In this document: in pieces, positions 28,249 through 36,384 of the stretch
Numbering within the stretch: the first letter of the stretch is position 1
Layout: each line of letters starts with the position of its first letter
Program-made: the position numbers and the translations under genes
Notes under the pieces: generated by a model
Seen by the model: only the letters and a program-made list of their open reading frames with translations
Database searches by the model: none
Told to the model about the DNA's origin: nothing
Virus record (IMG/VR): IMGVR_UViG_3300020446_001812
Span: 42,432-106,431 of that record
Direction: 5' to 3' (one strand)
Source of the DNA: a virus
DNA length: 64,000 nucleotides

Positions 28249-29630
28249 AATTTAGCTTAGACAGTTTTTGTCCTGAAGCATGGAATCAAATAGAAATAGA
28301 TGCACAAGGTGATTATAAAATTTGCTGTTTAGCAAATTATGATAATGATTTCGGTATGGCTCTTGATAAAGACGGTAATGTAATGAATGTTAAAACACAC
28401 ACTATACAAGAAGCAATGAATAGTGAAACACATAAACAACATAGAAAAGAAATGAGCCAAAACATAAAGCCAAAAAGATGTAGGAACTGTTGGGATAGTG
28501 AAGAAAGCACAAGAAATCAAGAAGGTTTTGGTTATAAAGATAAATTTAAAAAATATGGCATAAGCAAAAGACAGCGTGTAATAAGAAATACGAGTAATGT
28601 AATTCCTGAGTATACCAAATGGAACGAGGCACATCTAGTTACAAGCGAAGATGGAACCTTGGATGTTGAAAATGTAAAACATGTAAATTTAGATTTGAGA
28701 TTTGGAAACTTATGTAATCAAAAATGTATTATGTGTAGTCCGCAACATAGTAATCAATGGTACGATGATTGGGTAGCAATAGGATACGGAGCTCCACAAT
28801 ATAATAGAAAAAAAGGAAGATATAAAAAAGGTAAAGCGAAAGAGTTCGAGTTTTTCTATGATGAACATAATAGAGTCAAAATGGCTGGAATGGAACCTTG
28901 GTGGGAAAGTGAACAATGGTGGACTATGTTTGAGAAACAAGCAATGGACTTAAGGTACATATATTTTACAGGAGGCGAACCATTAATTGTTCCACAAATG
29001 CAACAATGTTTAGATAGGTTAATAAACAAAGGGTATAGTAAGGACATTCAGCTAAGGTATGATACAAATTTATCTGTAATAAACCAAAAGGTTATTGACA
29101 AATGGAAAAATTTTAAAGATGTTTTTTTATGTATCAGCGTTGATGATACCGATGAAAGATATAACACAATAAGATATCCAGGAAATTTTGAAAGGTTAGA
29201 ACAAAATATTATTAAATTAAAAGAAAACGGTATAGATATACATTACATAAGCACCTGTGTTGGCATTGCAAGTCCTTACAGTGTCCAACGTATATATGAG
29301 TTTGGAAAAAAATATAACATAGATACAAATTTTAGATTTTTAGAAGGTCCTAATTGGCTTGATATTAGAAACTATCCTGCAGATGCTAAAAAAGAAATAA
29401 TTGAAAATTTACGCGATTATTCTACAGATAAAAAATATACTAGATGGGCAAACGCCGAAATAAAATTATTAGAAAAATATATGGATCATAGTGAAGAAAA
29501 ACATCTTAAAGAATTTATTAGAGTCATGGATGTTCTTGACAAACAAAGATCGACAGACTGGAGGAAAGCGATGCCAGATGTAGTAGATCTTTACAAAACA
29601 TATTGCCCCGACATATATAAGGAAAAATAA
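28233..29630 (+). CDS. Radical SAM protein with N-terminal Twitch-like domain
   Basis: 'FCPEAW..GDYKICC...CRNC', CNQKCIMC, 'FTGGEP', 'DTN', 'IRYP'. Confidence 0.9.
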   Translation: MAEKMKFSLDSFCPEAWNQIEIDAQGDYKICCLANYDNDFGMALDKDGNVMNVKTHTIQEAMNSETHKQHRKEMSQNIKPKRCRNCWDSEESTRNQEGFGYKDKFKKYGISKRQRVIRNTSNVIPEYTKWNEAHLVTSEDGTLDVENVKHVNLDLRFGNLCNQKCIMCSPQHSNQWYDDWVAIGYGAPQYNRKKGRYKKGKAKEFEFFYDEHNRVKMAGMEPWWESEQWWTMFEKQAMDLRYIYFTGGEPLIVPQMQQCLDRLINKGYSKDIQLRYDTNLSVINQKVIDKWKNFKDVFLCISVDDTDERYNTIRYPGNFERLEQNIIKLKENGIDIHYISTCVGIASPYSVQRIYEFGKKYNIDTNFRFLEGPNWLDIRNYPADAKKEIIENLRDYSTDKKYTRWANAEIKLLEKYMDHSEEKHLKEFIRVMDVLDKQRSTDWRKAMPDVVDLYKTYCPDIYKEK

Positions 29631-30233
29631 ATGCATTATTATAGAATAGGAAAACTTAAAAAAGAAATTGTGCAAGAAATGCTTGCCGCAGTGTTAGAAA
29701 AAAGTGAACCAAGTAAAGGTTATCATTGGATTGAATTTGATGATAATTTAAATTCAATGTGGAATAATATTTGGGAGAACAAAAATTTAAAAGTTAGACG
29801 CTGGGATAATAAATGGATACAAAAAGCATTTTACAGTCCTGTCGGTAAAGGTTGGAAAATACATAAAGATGGAATAGATTGTAAAGTTGCATTGAACATT
29901 GCATTACAATCAAACGAATCTGATTGGGTGCGGTGGTATGACGAAGAATTAATAAATGATCTAGCAGATATAAATGTTACAGACGGTGACAAGGGAAAAG
30001 GACATAGTAGAAATATACCTATTAATGAGTACGAAGATATTTCTTTTATAGATGAATTAAAAGTTGAACAAGGGGAAGTATATCTTGTTAATACAGATGT
30101 ATTTCATAGTTTCTATTGTGGAGGTCCTAAAGATAGAGTAATTGTGCAAACTAAATTTCAGAATAATCCAAACTGGAATACTGTATTAGAAAATGTAAAG
30201 AAAAGTAATTTTACTCTTCAAGCCCGTGATTAA
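29631..30233 (+). CDS. Putative 2OG-Fe(II)/cupin oxygenase
   Basis: 'IHKDG', 'ALNI', 'VNTDVFHS', 'DRVI'. Confidence 0.55.
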   Translation: MHYYRIGKLKKEIVQEMLAAVLEKSEPSKGYHWIEFDDNLNSMWNNIWENKNLKVRRWDNKWIQKAFYSPVGKGWKIHKDGIDCKVALNIALQSNESDWVRWYDEELINDLADINVTDGDKGKGHSRNIPINEYEDISFIDELKVEQGEVYLVNTDVFHSFYCGGPKDRVIVQTKFQNNPNWNTVLENVKKSNFTLQARD

Positions 30234-30519
30234 GACAAACAATTTCCCATGCTTCATTCCATTCTTTTTCAGCTGTCAAATTGTTTTGCCATTGATCTTT
30301 AGCCATTTCTTCTTCTAAATCTAATCCTTTATCATCTGCCCATGTAGATTTTATTTTCATCACTAATTGAGAAGAATCTGTGTATTCCATTACTCTCCAA
30401 GAAAGGCATTTTCCAGTATCTAGATATTCTGATTTAATCCATGCTTTGAATTCATCAGATGGTGTATACCATTCGGCGTCAGTATGGGGTCTCATAAAAG
30501 TTTTGCTGTAAATTGCCAT
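30211..30519 (-). CDS. Hypothetical acidic, Trp-rich protein (102 aa)
   Basis: AGGAG SD and ATAAATA box upstream. Confidence 0.7.
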   Translation of the reverse strand: MAIYSKTFMRPHTDAEWYTPSDEFKAWIKSEYLDTGKCLSWRVMEYTDSSQLVMKIKSTWADDKGLDLEEEMAKDQWQNNLTAEKEWNEAWEIVCLNHGLEE

Positions 30520-30536
30520 AATCTATCTCCTACTAT

Positions 30537-30552
30537 TATTTATCACTAAATA
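30537..30552. promoter_or_regulatory. Back-to-back late-type TAAATA boxes (divergent)
   Basis: ATAAATA on - strand (30537-30543) and CTAAATA on + strand (30546-30552) between divergent genes. Confidence 0.5.
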
Positions 30553-30580
30553 TCATGTAATAGATATAAAGAGGTTACCG

Positions 30581-31777
30581 ATGAAAGTCCCCCATAAAGA
30601 ATTAGGTTACTATATATGTGATAACAAAGTATTTACATCTAAAATACATGCTTGTATATATGCAACTCAGCATAAAAAACAAATAGAATGGGTTTTTAAC
30701 AATGATGTTTTTGATAATTTCCCATGGCAAATAGAACCTCAAGAATCACTAGATGAACTGTATTTCCAAAGGGCTAGGCAGATTAGAGAACAATATGATT
30801 ACATATGTTTGGCATTCAGTGGTGGTGGAGATAGTAATAATATACTTGAAGCATTTCTAAGACAAGGCATTTTTATAGATGAAGTCGTTACAAATGTAAT
30901 GGAAGACTTGAATAATTTGACAACTGTAAATCGCAATGAAATAAACAATTGGAACGAGGGTGCAGAATATAAATTACAAACAGAAGATAGACTAAAAGCA
31001 CTTAAGAATAGAAGTCCTAATACAAAAATAAGTGTAATTGATCTTAGTAAAGGACTTTTTGAATTATTTAATTCTTATGGTGATGCTGGATGGATTGAAA
31101 AAACTAGAGAGAGAATGAATCCTAGTGGTTTCATGAGGCATAATTTCCTCCATATGAAAGAAATACGTAAAAGATTTGATAAAGATAAAAAAATATGTAT
31201 GTTACTTGGAATAGAAAAACCTCGTACATATATCAAAGGAAACACTTTTAAAATGTGTTTTAGTGATAAAGCTGTTAATATTGCAACAGTAGGAGAATTT
31301 ATTCCTGAATATAATAATACTAGTATAGAATATTTTTACTGGCATCCAGAAGGCGCAAAAATAATTGCAAAGCAATGCCATGTTATTAAAAGATGGTTAG
31401 AACACAATCCTAATTATTTGCCATATTGGAAACCTAGAAGTATAGGAGACATATGGACTAATCATAGAAAGTATCATGAACGTATTTTAAGACCATTAAT
31501 TTATAATAGTACTTGGCACCAAAATTACTGGCAAGCAAACAAAAGCACAAAAGATTGGTATAGTGAGATAGATGATTGGTTTTGGACTGCTCATAAAAAC
31601 ACTAAAGAACATGCTATATGGAGGCAGGGTCTTGATTACGTAAAAGATAATGCAAAAGACTGGATGATGCCTGGCGATGTAGAAGGTTTAAAGGGTTTCT
31701 TGCATGCATACGAAATTGGCGAAATGAATCCTATAAAATTAGAATTACCTACAAATAATGTTGTTTTAGCTGATTAG
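30581..31777 (+). CDS. Stand-alone PP-loop ATP pyrophosphatase
   Basis: 'LAFSGGGDS', 'GIEKPR', 'EYFYW'; colinear similarity with 26083-27291. Confidence 0.75.
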   Translation: MKVPHKELGYYICDNKVFTSKIHACIYATQHKKQIEWVFNNDVFDNFPWQIEPQESLDELYFQRARQIREQYDYICLAFSGGGDSNNILEAFLRQGIFIDEVVTNVMEDLNNLTTVNRNEINNWNEGAEYKLQTEDRLKALKNRSPNTKISVIDLSKGLFELFNSYGDAGWIEKTRERMNPSGFMRHNFLHMKEIRKRFDKDKKICMLLGIEKPRTYIKGNTFKMCFSDKAVNIATVGEFIPEYNNTSIEYFYWHPEGAKIIAKQCHVIKRWLEHNPNYLPYWKPRSIGDIWTNHRKYHERILRPLIYNSTWHQNYWQANKSTKDWYSEIDDWFWTAHKNTKEHAIWRQGLDYVKDNAKDWMMPGDVEGLKGFLHAYEIGEMNPIKLELPTNNVVLAD

Positions 31778-33429
31778 TTTAAGTCTACCCAAGCTGCGCC
31801 AGTATATCCTTGGAATTTTGTTCCTGTAGTGTTAAAGATCATCATACCTGCTGTCGGGCTTGTAATTGCGGCGTCACGTGTTGCATCGTCTGCATATGTA
31901 GCTAATTTAATTGCACCACCAAATTGGACTTCTGCCGCATCTGCTTTGACTGTTATTGCAGTGTTTACTACACCAGAACCGTCCATTGTTTTGATTGCTA
32001 GTTGCGTTGGGACAATGCCTGTTGCTATTGTTCCATCAGCTTCTGCTGTAATAAATGCGCCATCTACATAATTTGTGCCATCATGTCCACCAAAAACAAC
32101 TCTGTGTAATACATCATTGTTTTGTACTGCTAGAGGTGTATCATATGTTCCTCTTGATCTACGCATTAAAAATCTAGGACCATCACTTACAACATTTGAG
32201 TTTGCAAGTGAGTAAAAAGGAATTCCTGTTGGCGCTGTTGTTCTACCATTAAGTACACCAAATGTTGTAAATGTACCTGTGTAATCAATTGTTGCTCTTG
32301 TTAGAGGTACACCTGCATTATTGTTTACTATAAATCTCATTAATCCTGGAACTACTGACGCACCAAGTGTACCATTAGGGTCAACATCAACACTTATTTG
32401 CGCCGCACTAACATTTTTACTTAATTCTCCCCAAACTATGGCACCTATATTATCACCAAGTTGTAAATCTGTAGGCGATGCCTTTGTACCTCTAGCTCTA
32501 GATATTCCTAAGTAATGTCCATCTGCGTTATCATAATAACCTGCCGCAGAAACTACTGTTTGATCTTGTGCTGTTGCTGTACCACTAATTTGGTTTGCGG
32601 CTATGTTACCAGTTGCTGTTGCGTTTCCATTTATATTAAGTGTTGTAACTGTAACAGTGTTAGAATTTACATCAGCTACAACAATACCATTTTCGCCATC
32701 TAATATCATTGCAGAGTCGTCAGCAAAAACACTGCCTTTTACATCACCTGTATGATAACCAGTTGTGTTACCTACTACATTTCCTGTAAGGTCGCCAGTT
32801 AAATTAAATGCCGCATTTTGAACTGTTGCTCCATTTAAATTTAAAGTTCCACTGAAAGCACTTGTACCTGCACTTGTGATATTTCCAACAACATCTCCTG
32901 TCATTGTTCCTGATATCTGTGCCGCTGCAATTTGTCCTGTAGCTGAATTAAAAACAACTGTACTATCGTCTGCAATTAGGTCCGCTTGTACTCTTTCAGC
33001 TGTAATTTGGCTGTCTATATTTAATTGATTAAACCATGCTTCGTTCCAGTATTTTGATGGTGAGCCTAGATTATGAGTCGCATCAACATCAGGCACTAGA
33101 TGCCCTTGTATAGCACCACCAATAACGAGAATGTCACTACCTACGCCATCACCTAAGTTAACTGTTCCAGATGCTGTAATTGTTCCGGTAATATCAATAC
33201 TACCAGTTCCATTTATGTTAAAATTATTCAGGTCAAGATTTCCGCCTAGTTGCGGTGAAGTGTCAGCTAATACAGAATCAATTGTGTTTGCAATAGTAGT
33301 TGTTCCACCTTGTGTAGAACCATCTCCTACATATAATTGCTTTGTATCGGTAACGTATATTAATTCTCCCTCTGCAGGGGTAATGCCTAATCTTTCTGCA
33401 TTTGTGCCGCGTCTTACTTGTAAAGCCAT
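31774..33429 (-). CDS. Tail fibre/virion structural protein with Mtd-N-like domain
   Basis: 'MALQVRRGT...EGELIYVTDTKQLYVGDG', 'DTSPQLGGNLD', Gly/Thr-rich TGDV.GN repeats, C-terminal 'GMMIFNTT..KFQGY.G..WVDL'. Confidence 0.8.
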   Translation of the reverse strand: MALQVRRGTNAERLGITPAEGELIYVTDTKQLYVGDGSTQGGTTTIANTIDSVLADTSPQLGGNLDLNNFNINGTGSIDITGTITASGTVNLGDGVGSDILVIGGAIQGHLVPDVDATHNLGSPSKYWNEAWFNQLNIDSQITAERVQADLIADDSTVVFNSATGQIAAAQISGTMTGDVVGNITSAGTSAFSGTLNLNGATVQNAAFNLTGDLTGNVVGNTTGYHTGDVKGSVFADDSAMILDGENGIVVADVNSNTVTVTTLNINGNATATGNIAANQISGTATAQDQTVVSAAGYYDNADGHYLGISRARGTKASPTDLQLGDNIGAIVWGELSKNVSAAQISVDVDPNGTLGASVVPGLMRFIVNNNAGVPLTRATIDYTGTFTTFGVLNGRTTAPTGIPFYSLANSNVVSDGPRFLMRRSRGTYDTPLAVQNNDVLHRVVFGGHDGTNYVDGAFITAEADGTIATGIVPTQLAIKTMDGSGVVNTAITVKADAAEVQFGGAIKLATYADDATRDAAITSPTAGMMIFNTTGTKFQGYTGAAWVDLN

Positions 33430-33460
33430 CTATTAACTCCTGAATAGTATTTGTTATTAG

Positions 33461-33467
33461 TATTTAT
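33461..33467 (-). promoter_or_regulatory. T4-late-like promoter box ATAAATA for the tail-fibre gene
   Basis: ATAAATA upstream of the CAGGAG SD. Confidence 0.6.
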
Positions 33468-33472
33468 GCCTT

Positions 33473-33784
33473 TTACTTCCTTTTCTTCATAAAGATTTCA
33501 GTACGCTTTTTTATGTCTCTTTTTACTTTTGCAGTATCAAGACGGAAGTCAACATTTTGTATATTTTTTTCGTATTGATTGAATAGGTCGTCCAAAGCCG
33601 TTTCTATATTGAGATCTGGCTTTGTTTTAGACTTTTTAACATCTATTTCCCATATTTTTCCGTCCTTAAAGTAAACTTTGACACTGTGCAGATATTCAAT
33701 AGGTACTACATCTATTTTAATATCTTTAAAAATTTCAGGCCATGCATTAACTATGTCAGGAGGAAGTACCCCTTTTTTAGCCAT
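33473..33784 (-). CDS. Hypothetical phage protein
   Basis: Operonic ORF overlapping the upstream gene. Confidence 0.7.
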   Translation of the reverse strand: MAKKGVLPPDIVNAWPEIFKDIKIDVVPIEYLHSVKVYFKDGKIWEIDVKKSKTKPDLNIETALDDLFNQYEKNIQNVDFRLDTAKVKRDIKKRTEIFMKKRK

Positions 33785-34388
33785 CTACTGTTGACTTTGA
33801 CTTGCGTTTTGTAGGAACAAGTTCTTCAGCTTGTTCTCTAAGACGCTTTGCTTCTTTAAACATTGCGTCTGCTTGCGAACGGTATTGTGCCGCAAGTGCT
33901 TCGTCAGTCAACACTTCAGAAGTAGCTTGAGTATAAGTATCTGTGGCATTTACAGGAGAAGCGTTCTCTTGAGGTTCTGGAACTGTATTTCCTGAGGTAT
34001 CTTTCAGTGCAAGATCGTTGACAGTTACGCCCTTTTGTTCAGCAATATTTTGATTGAGAACATTTAAAGGAACACTAGTAACATTATTAGGTGTCATTTC
34101 AACAAGATCTGATTTTACTTTTTGAAACTTTCCTGTTGTATGAAAACCAGCTAACATATTTCTACCATCTGGTAGTTGTGTCCTAGCCATTGCTTCACCT
34201 AGTTCGTATGAATCTTGTCCTGATGCAGATTCTATCAAGTTCATTAATGCATCGTGTTCGCCTGCATCTAAACTTTCAGTAAGTGCAATTAAACAATGCT
34301 CAGGGTCTCCAGGCAGGACTCTATATGCTACTGCACATTTTTTCTTTGTTTTTATAACTCTACCAACATGCTTGTATGCTGTCGCCAT
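33777..34388 (-). CDS. Hypothetical phage protein
   Basis: 203-aa ORF with AGGAG SD and C-terminal coiled coil. Confidence 0.75.
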   Translation of the reverse strand: MATAYKHVGRVIKTKKKCAVAYRVLPGDPEHCLIALTESLDAGEHDALMNLIESASGQDSYELGEAMARTQLPDGRNMLAGFHTTGKFQKVKSDLVEMTPNNVTSVPLNVLNQNIAEQKGVTVNDLALKDTSGNTVPEPQENASPVNATDTYTQATSEVLTDEALAAQYRSQADAMFKEAKRLREQAEELVPTKRKSKSTVDG

Positions 34389-34389
34389 A

Positions 34390-34662
34390 TTATTCTCCTT
34401 TTTTCTCTGCAGGTGCCGGCTGTTGGGCTACCGCATTGAGAAATGTTTCTAATTTACTGTATGTTGAACCAACCGTCATCATTTCGTTTGGCTTAAAAGC
34501 ACCTCTACCACTAGCAACATCAATAATCTGTTTTAAATTGCTTAAATCTTGAATAGTTAGTTCGGTAGATTGTTGTGGCGCAGAAGGTGTCGCTTGCGGT
34601 GCATCAGATGGTGCCGCAGTTGACGTATCCTTAGATACAGTAGTTTTACTTTCATTCGTCAT
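34390..34662 (-). CDS. Hypothetical phage protein
   Basis: AGGAG SD; 'IIDVASGRGAFK' core. Confidence 0.75.
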   Translation of the reverse strand: MTNESKTTVSKDTSTAAPSDAPQATPSAPQQSTELTIQDLSNLKQIIDVASGRGAFKPNEMMTVGSTYSKLETFLNAVAQQPAPAEKKGE

Positions 34663-34681
34663 TATTATCTCCTATGTAATT

Positions 34682-34703
34682 TTATAAACTACGCATATAT
34701 TTA
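34682..34703. promoter_or_regulatory. Dyad motif TTATAAAC-TACGCA-TATATTTA overlapping a late-type TAAATA box
   Basis: One of four intergenic copies of an AT-arm/TACGCA-core element. Confidence 0.6.
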
Positions 34704-34991
34704 CTTGTATTTCAAAAGTGGGCATGCCAAAGTGAAATAAGAAAGTTCTTTCGGATCTTCAAATCCTACTTTACAAACGGTTTCAACACCGCTATTAGTG
34801 CTTAAAGACATACTTTTTCCAACATAAAATCTTCCTTTTAGATTTTCTGTAATCCATTTTACAAGGCTTTGCTCTAAGTTATACTTTAAGGGCAAGTTTA
34901 TAAATTCACAATGCGGGCTAGGTAATTTTAGCCTACGTATTTCGAATAAATTATATGGATTAGGCTCTTTGACTTTCAGCATGGTCTTCAT
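34701..34991 (-). CDS. Hypothetical phage protein
   Basis: Operonic ORF; start uncertain. Confidence 0.65.
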   Translation of the reverse strand: MKTMLKVKEPNPYNLFEIRRLKLPSPHCEFINLPLKYNLEQSLVKWITENLKGRFYVGKSMSLSTNSGVETVCKVGFEDPKELSYFTLACPLLKYK

Positions 34992-36294
34992 AGTGTGTAG
35001 TTATTCCAAACGGTGCTTGTAAATTTCTGTCTCTGTTTGAATGAATTACAAATACAGTTTCACAATAGTTTTCGTCACCCCAACTATCCCAAGGATAGCC
35101 ATCAGTAAACATAATAAATTTTTTAGGTTGGATATCATTTTCTTTCATATAATTAAAATTACAATCAAAGTCAGTGCCACCGCCACCCATTATTTCATAG
35201 TCCATTAAATCTTCGCCGCCATCTGCAGTGAATTCTTGTTCATTATAAACCTTTGTATCAAAACACCATAAAACAATTTTGTAATCTTTATATTGATCCA
35301 TGATACCTTTTACTTCTGATAAAAAGTCTTTACCCTGTGCATTACCAATTGAGCCACTCATATCAATTCCGATAGCAAGATCAATACTTTCGTCAAAATT
35401 CATACCGGGTAAAACAGCACCAGTATGCCATCCTTTTCTTGATGGCCTCATAAATGTGTAATCAGTTTTAATTGTTGATTGTATCTGCTGGCGTAATATT
35501 TCTCTCCAATTCATTTTAGGTTCAGTAAGTTCTTTAATCATACGTTGCACTTCTGCTGGTGTATTTCCTGCACCTGCGGCCTGTGCGGCACTAAGCATTC
35601 CTTCTTTAATTTCGTCTTTGATCTTACGCATTTCTTCCTTAGAATACTTAGGTTTCTTTTTGCTTACATTATTACCATTTGCATCTTTTTCTTCGCCTGC
35701 ATCTCCATCACCTTCTTCATCACCTAATCCATCAAGGTGTTCATCTAACATTTCACCTAATTGTTTAAGGAATTCTTCTCCGTTCTTTTTAGCAATTTCA
35801 TATATATCATCGTATACTTCTTCTGAAATCCAACCATCATATTTAAAATCTTGATAACAATCAACAATCTTAGGTTTTTCACCAATTCGATCTCTTACAA
35901 GCAAATTGTTAACAATATAATCAGCGGCAATATTATAGATCATTGGATTTCTATCTTCTCTACGCATCAAATGATCAAATACACAATGTAATATTTCATG
36001 TGCAATAACAAATTCAATCTCTTTGTTGTTCATTGCATTGAAAAATTGTGTATTGAAGTATAAATTTCTACCATCAACTGCGGCAGTTGGCAACCAATCA
36101 TCAGCGGCAACAATACGTAAACGAGTTGCCATATTTCCAAAGAATGGATGCCTTAGTAGTAAACCTACTCTTGCAACAATTATTCTATCAAGAACCTCTA
36201 TTCTCATTTCTTCTAATTGTTCTTGAGTAATATTTGGGTCTGGGGACCAGTTCTTTAATTTGCTTGCTGTATCTTTTGTACTCATCAGTGCCAT
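34960..36294 (-). CDS. Metallopeptidase-like + VWA domain protein (DUF2201-like), MoxR partner
   Basis: HEILH zincin motif; MIDAS 'IDMSGS', 'GGGGTDF', 'FTDG'. Confidence 0.85.
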   Translation of the reverse strand: MALMSTKDTASKLKNWSPDPNITQEQLEEMRIEVLDRIIVARVGLLLRHPFFGNMATRLRIVAADDWLPTAAVDGRNLYFNTQFFNAMNNKEIEFVIAHEILHCVFDHLMRREDRNPMIYNIAADYIVNNLLVRDRIGEKPKIVDCYQDFKYDGWISEEVYDDIYEIAKKNGEEFLKQLGEMLDEHLDGLGDEEGDGDAGEEKDANGNNVSKKKPKYSKEEMRKIKDEIKEGMLSAAQAAGAGNTPAEVQRMIKELTEPKMNWREILRQQIQSTIKTDYTFMRPSRKGWHTGAVLPGMNFDESIDLAIGIDMSGSIGNAQGKDFLSEVKGIMDQYKDYKIVLWCFDTKVYNEQEFTADGGEDLMDYEIMGGGGTDFDCNFNYMKENDIQPKKFIMFTDGYPWDSWGDENYCETVFVIHSNRDRNLQAPFGITTHYEDHAESQRA

Positions 36295-36313
36295 CCTTCT
36301 AAGTTATACATTT

Positions 36314-36342
36314 ACTATAGCAATATTTACTATAAAAGTCAA
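36314..36342 (-). promoter_or_regulatory. sigma70 promoter
   Basis: TTGACT, 17 bp spacer, TATAGT with extended TG. Confidence 0.75.
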
Positions 36343-36344
36343 GA

Positions 36345-36372
36345 GAAAAAGGACGTTTTGGAGAGATCGTCC
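36345..36372 (-). terminator. Possible intrinsic terminator after the MoxR gene
   Basis: GGACG-loop-CGTCC followed by TTTTT on the - strand; short stem. Confidence 0.4.
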
Positions 36373-36384
36373 AACTCTTTCATG

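Noticed and set aside
23727-31777. Calling one PP-loop gene queC
   Set aside because: SGGxDS is not near the N-terminus and the QueC C-terminal zinc-binding Cys motif is absent.
1-31777. Classical RiPP cluster with an identifiable precursor
   Set aside because: No convincing leader/core peptide, PqqD/RRE domain, peptidase or exporter recognised; kept only as one hypothesis.
31774-33429. Diversity-generating retroelement suggested by the Mtd-N-like domain
   Set aside because: No reverse transcriptase and no TR/VR repeat pair seen in the window.
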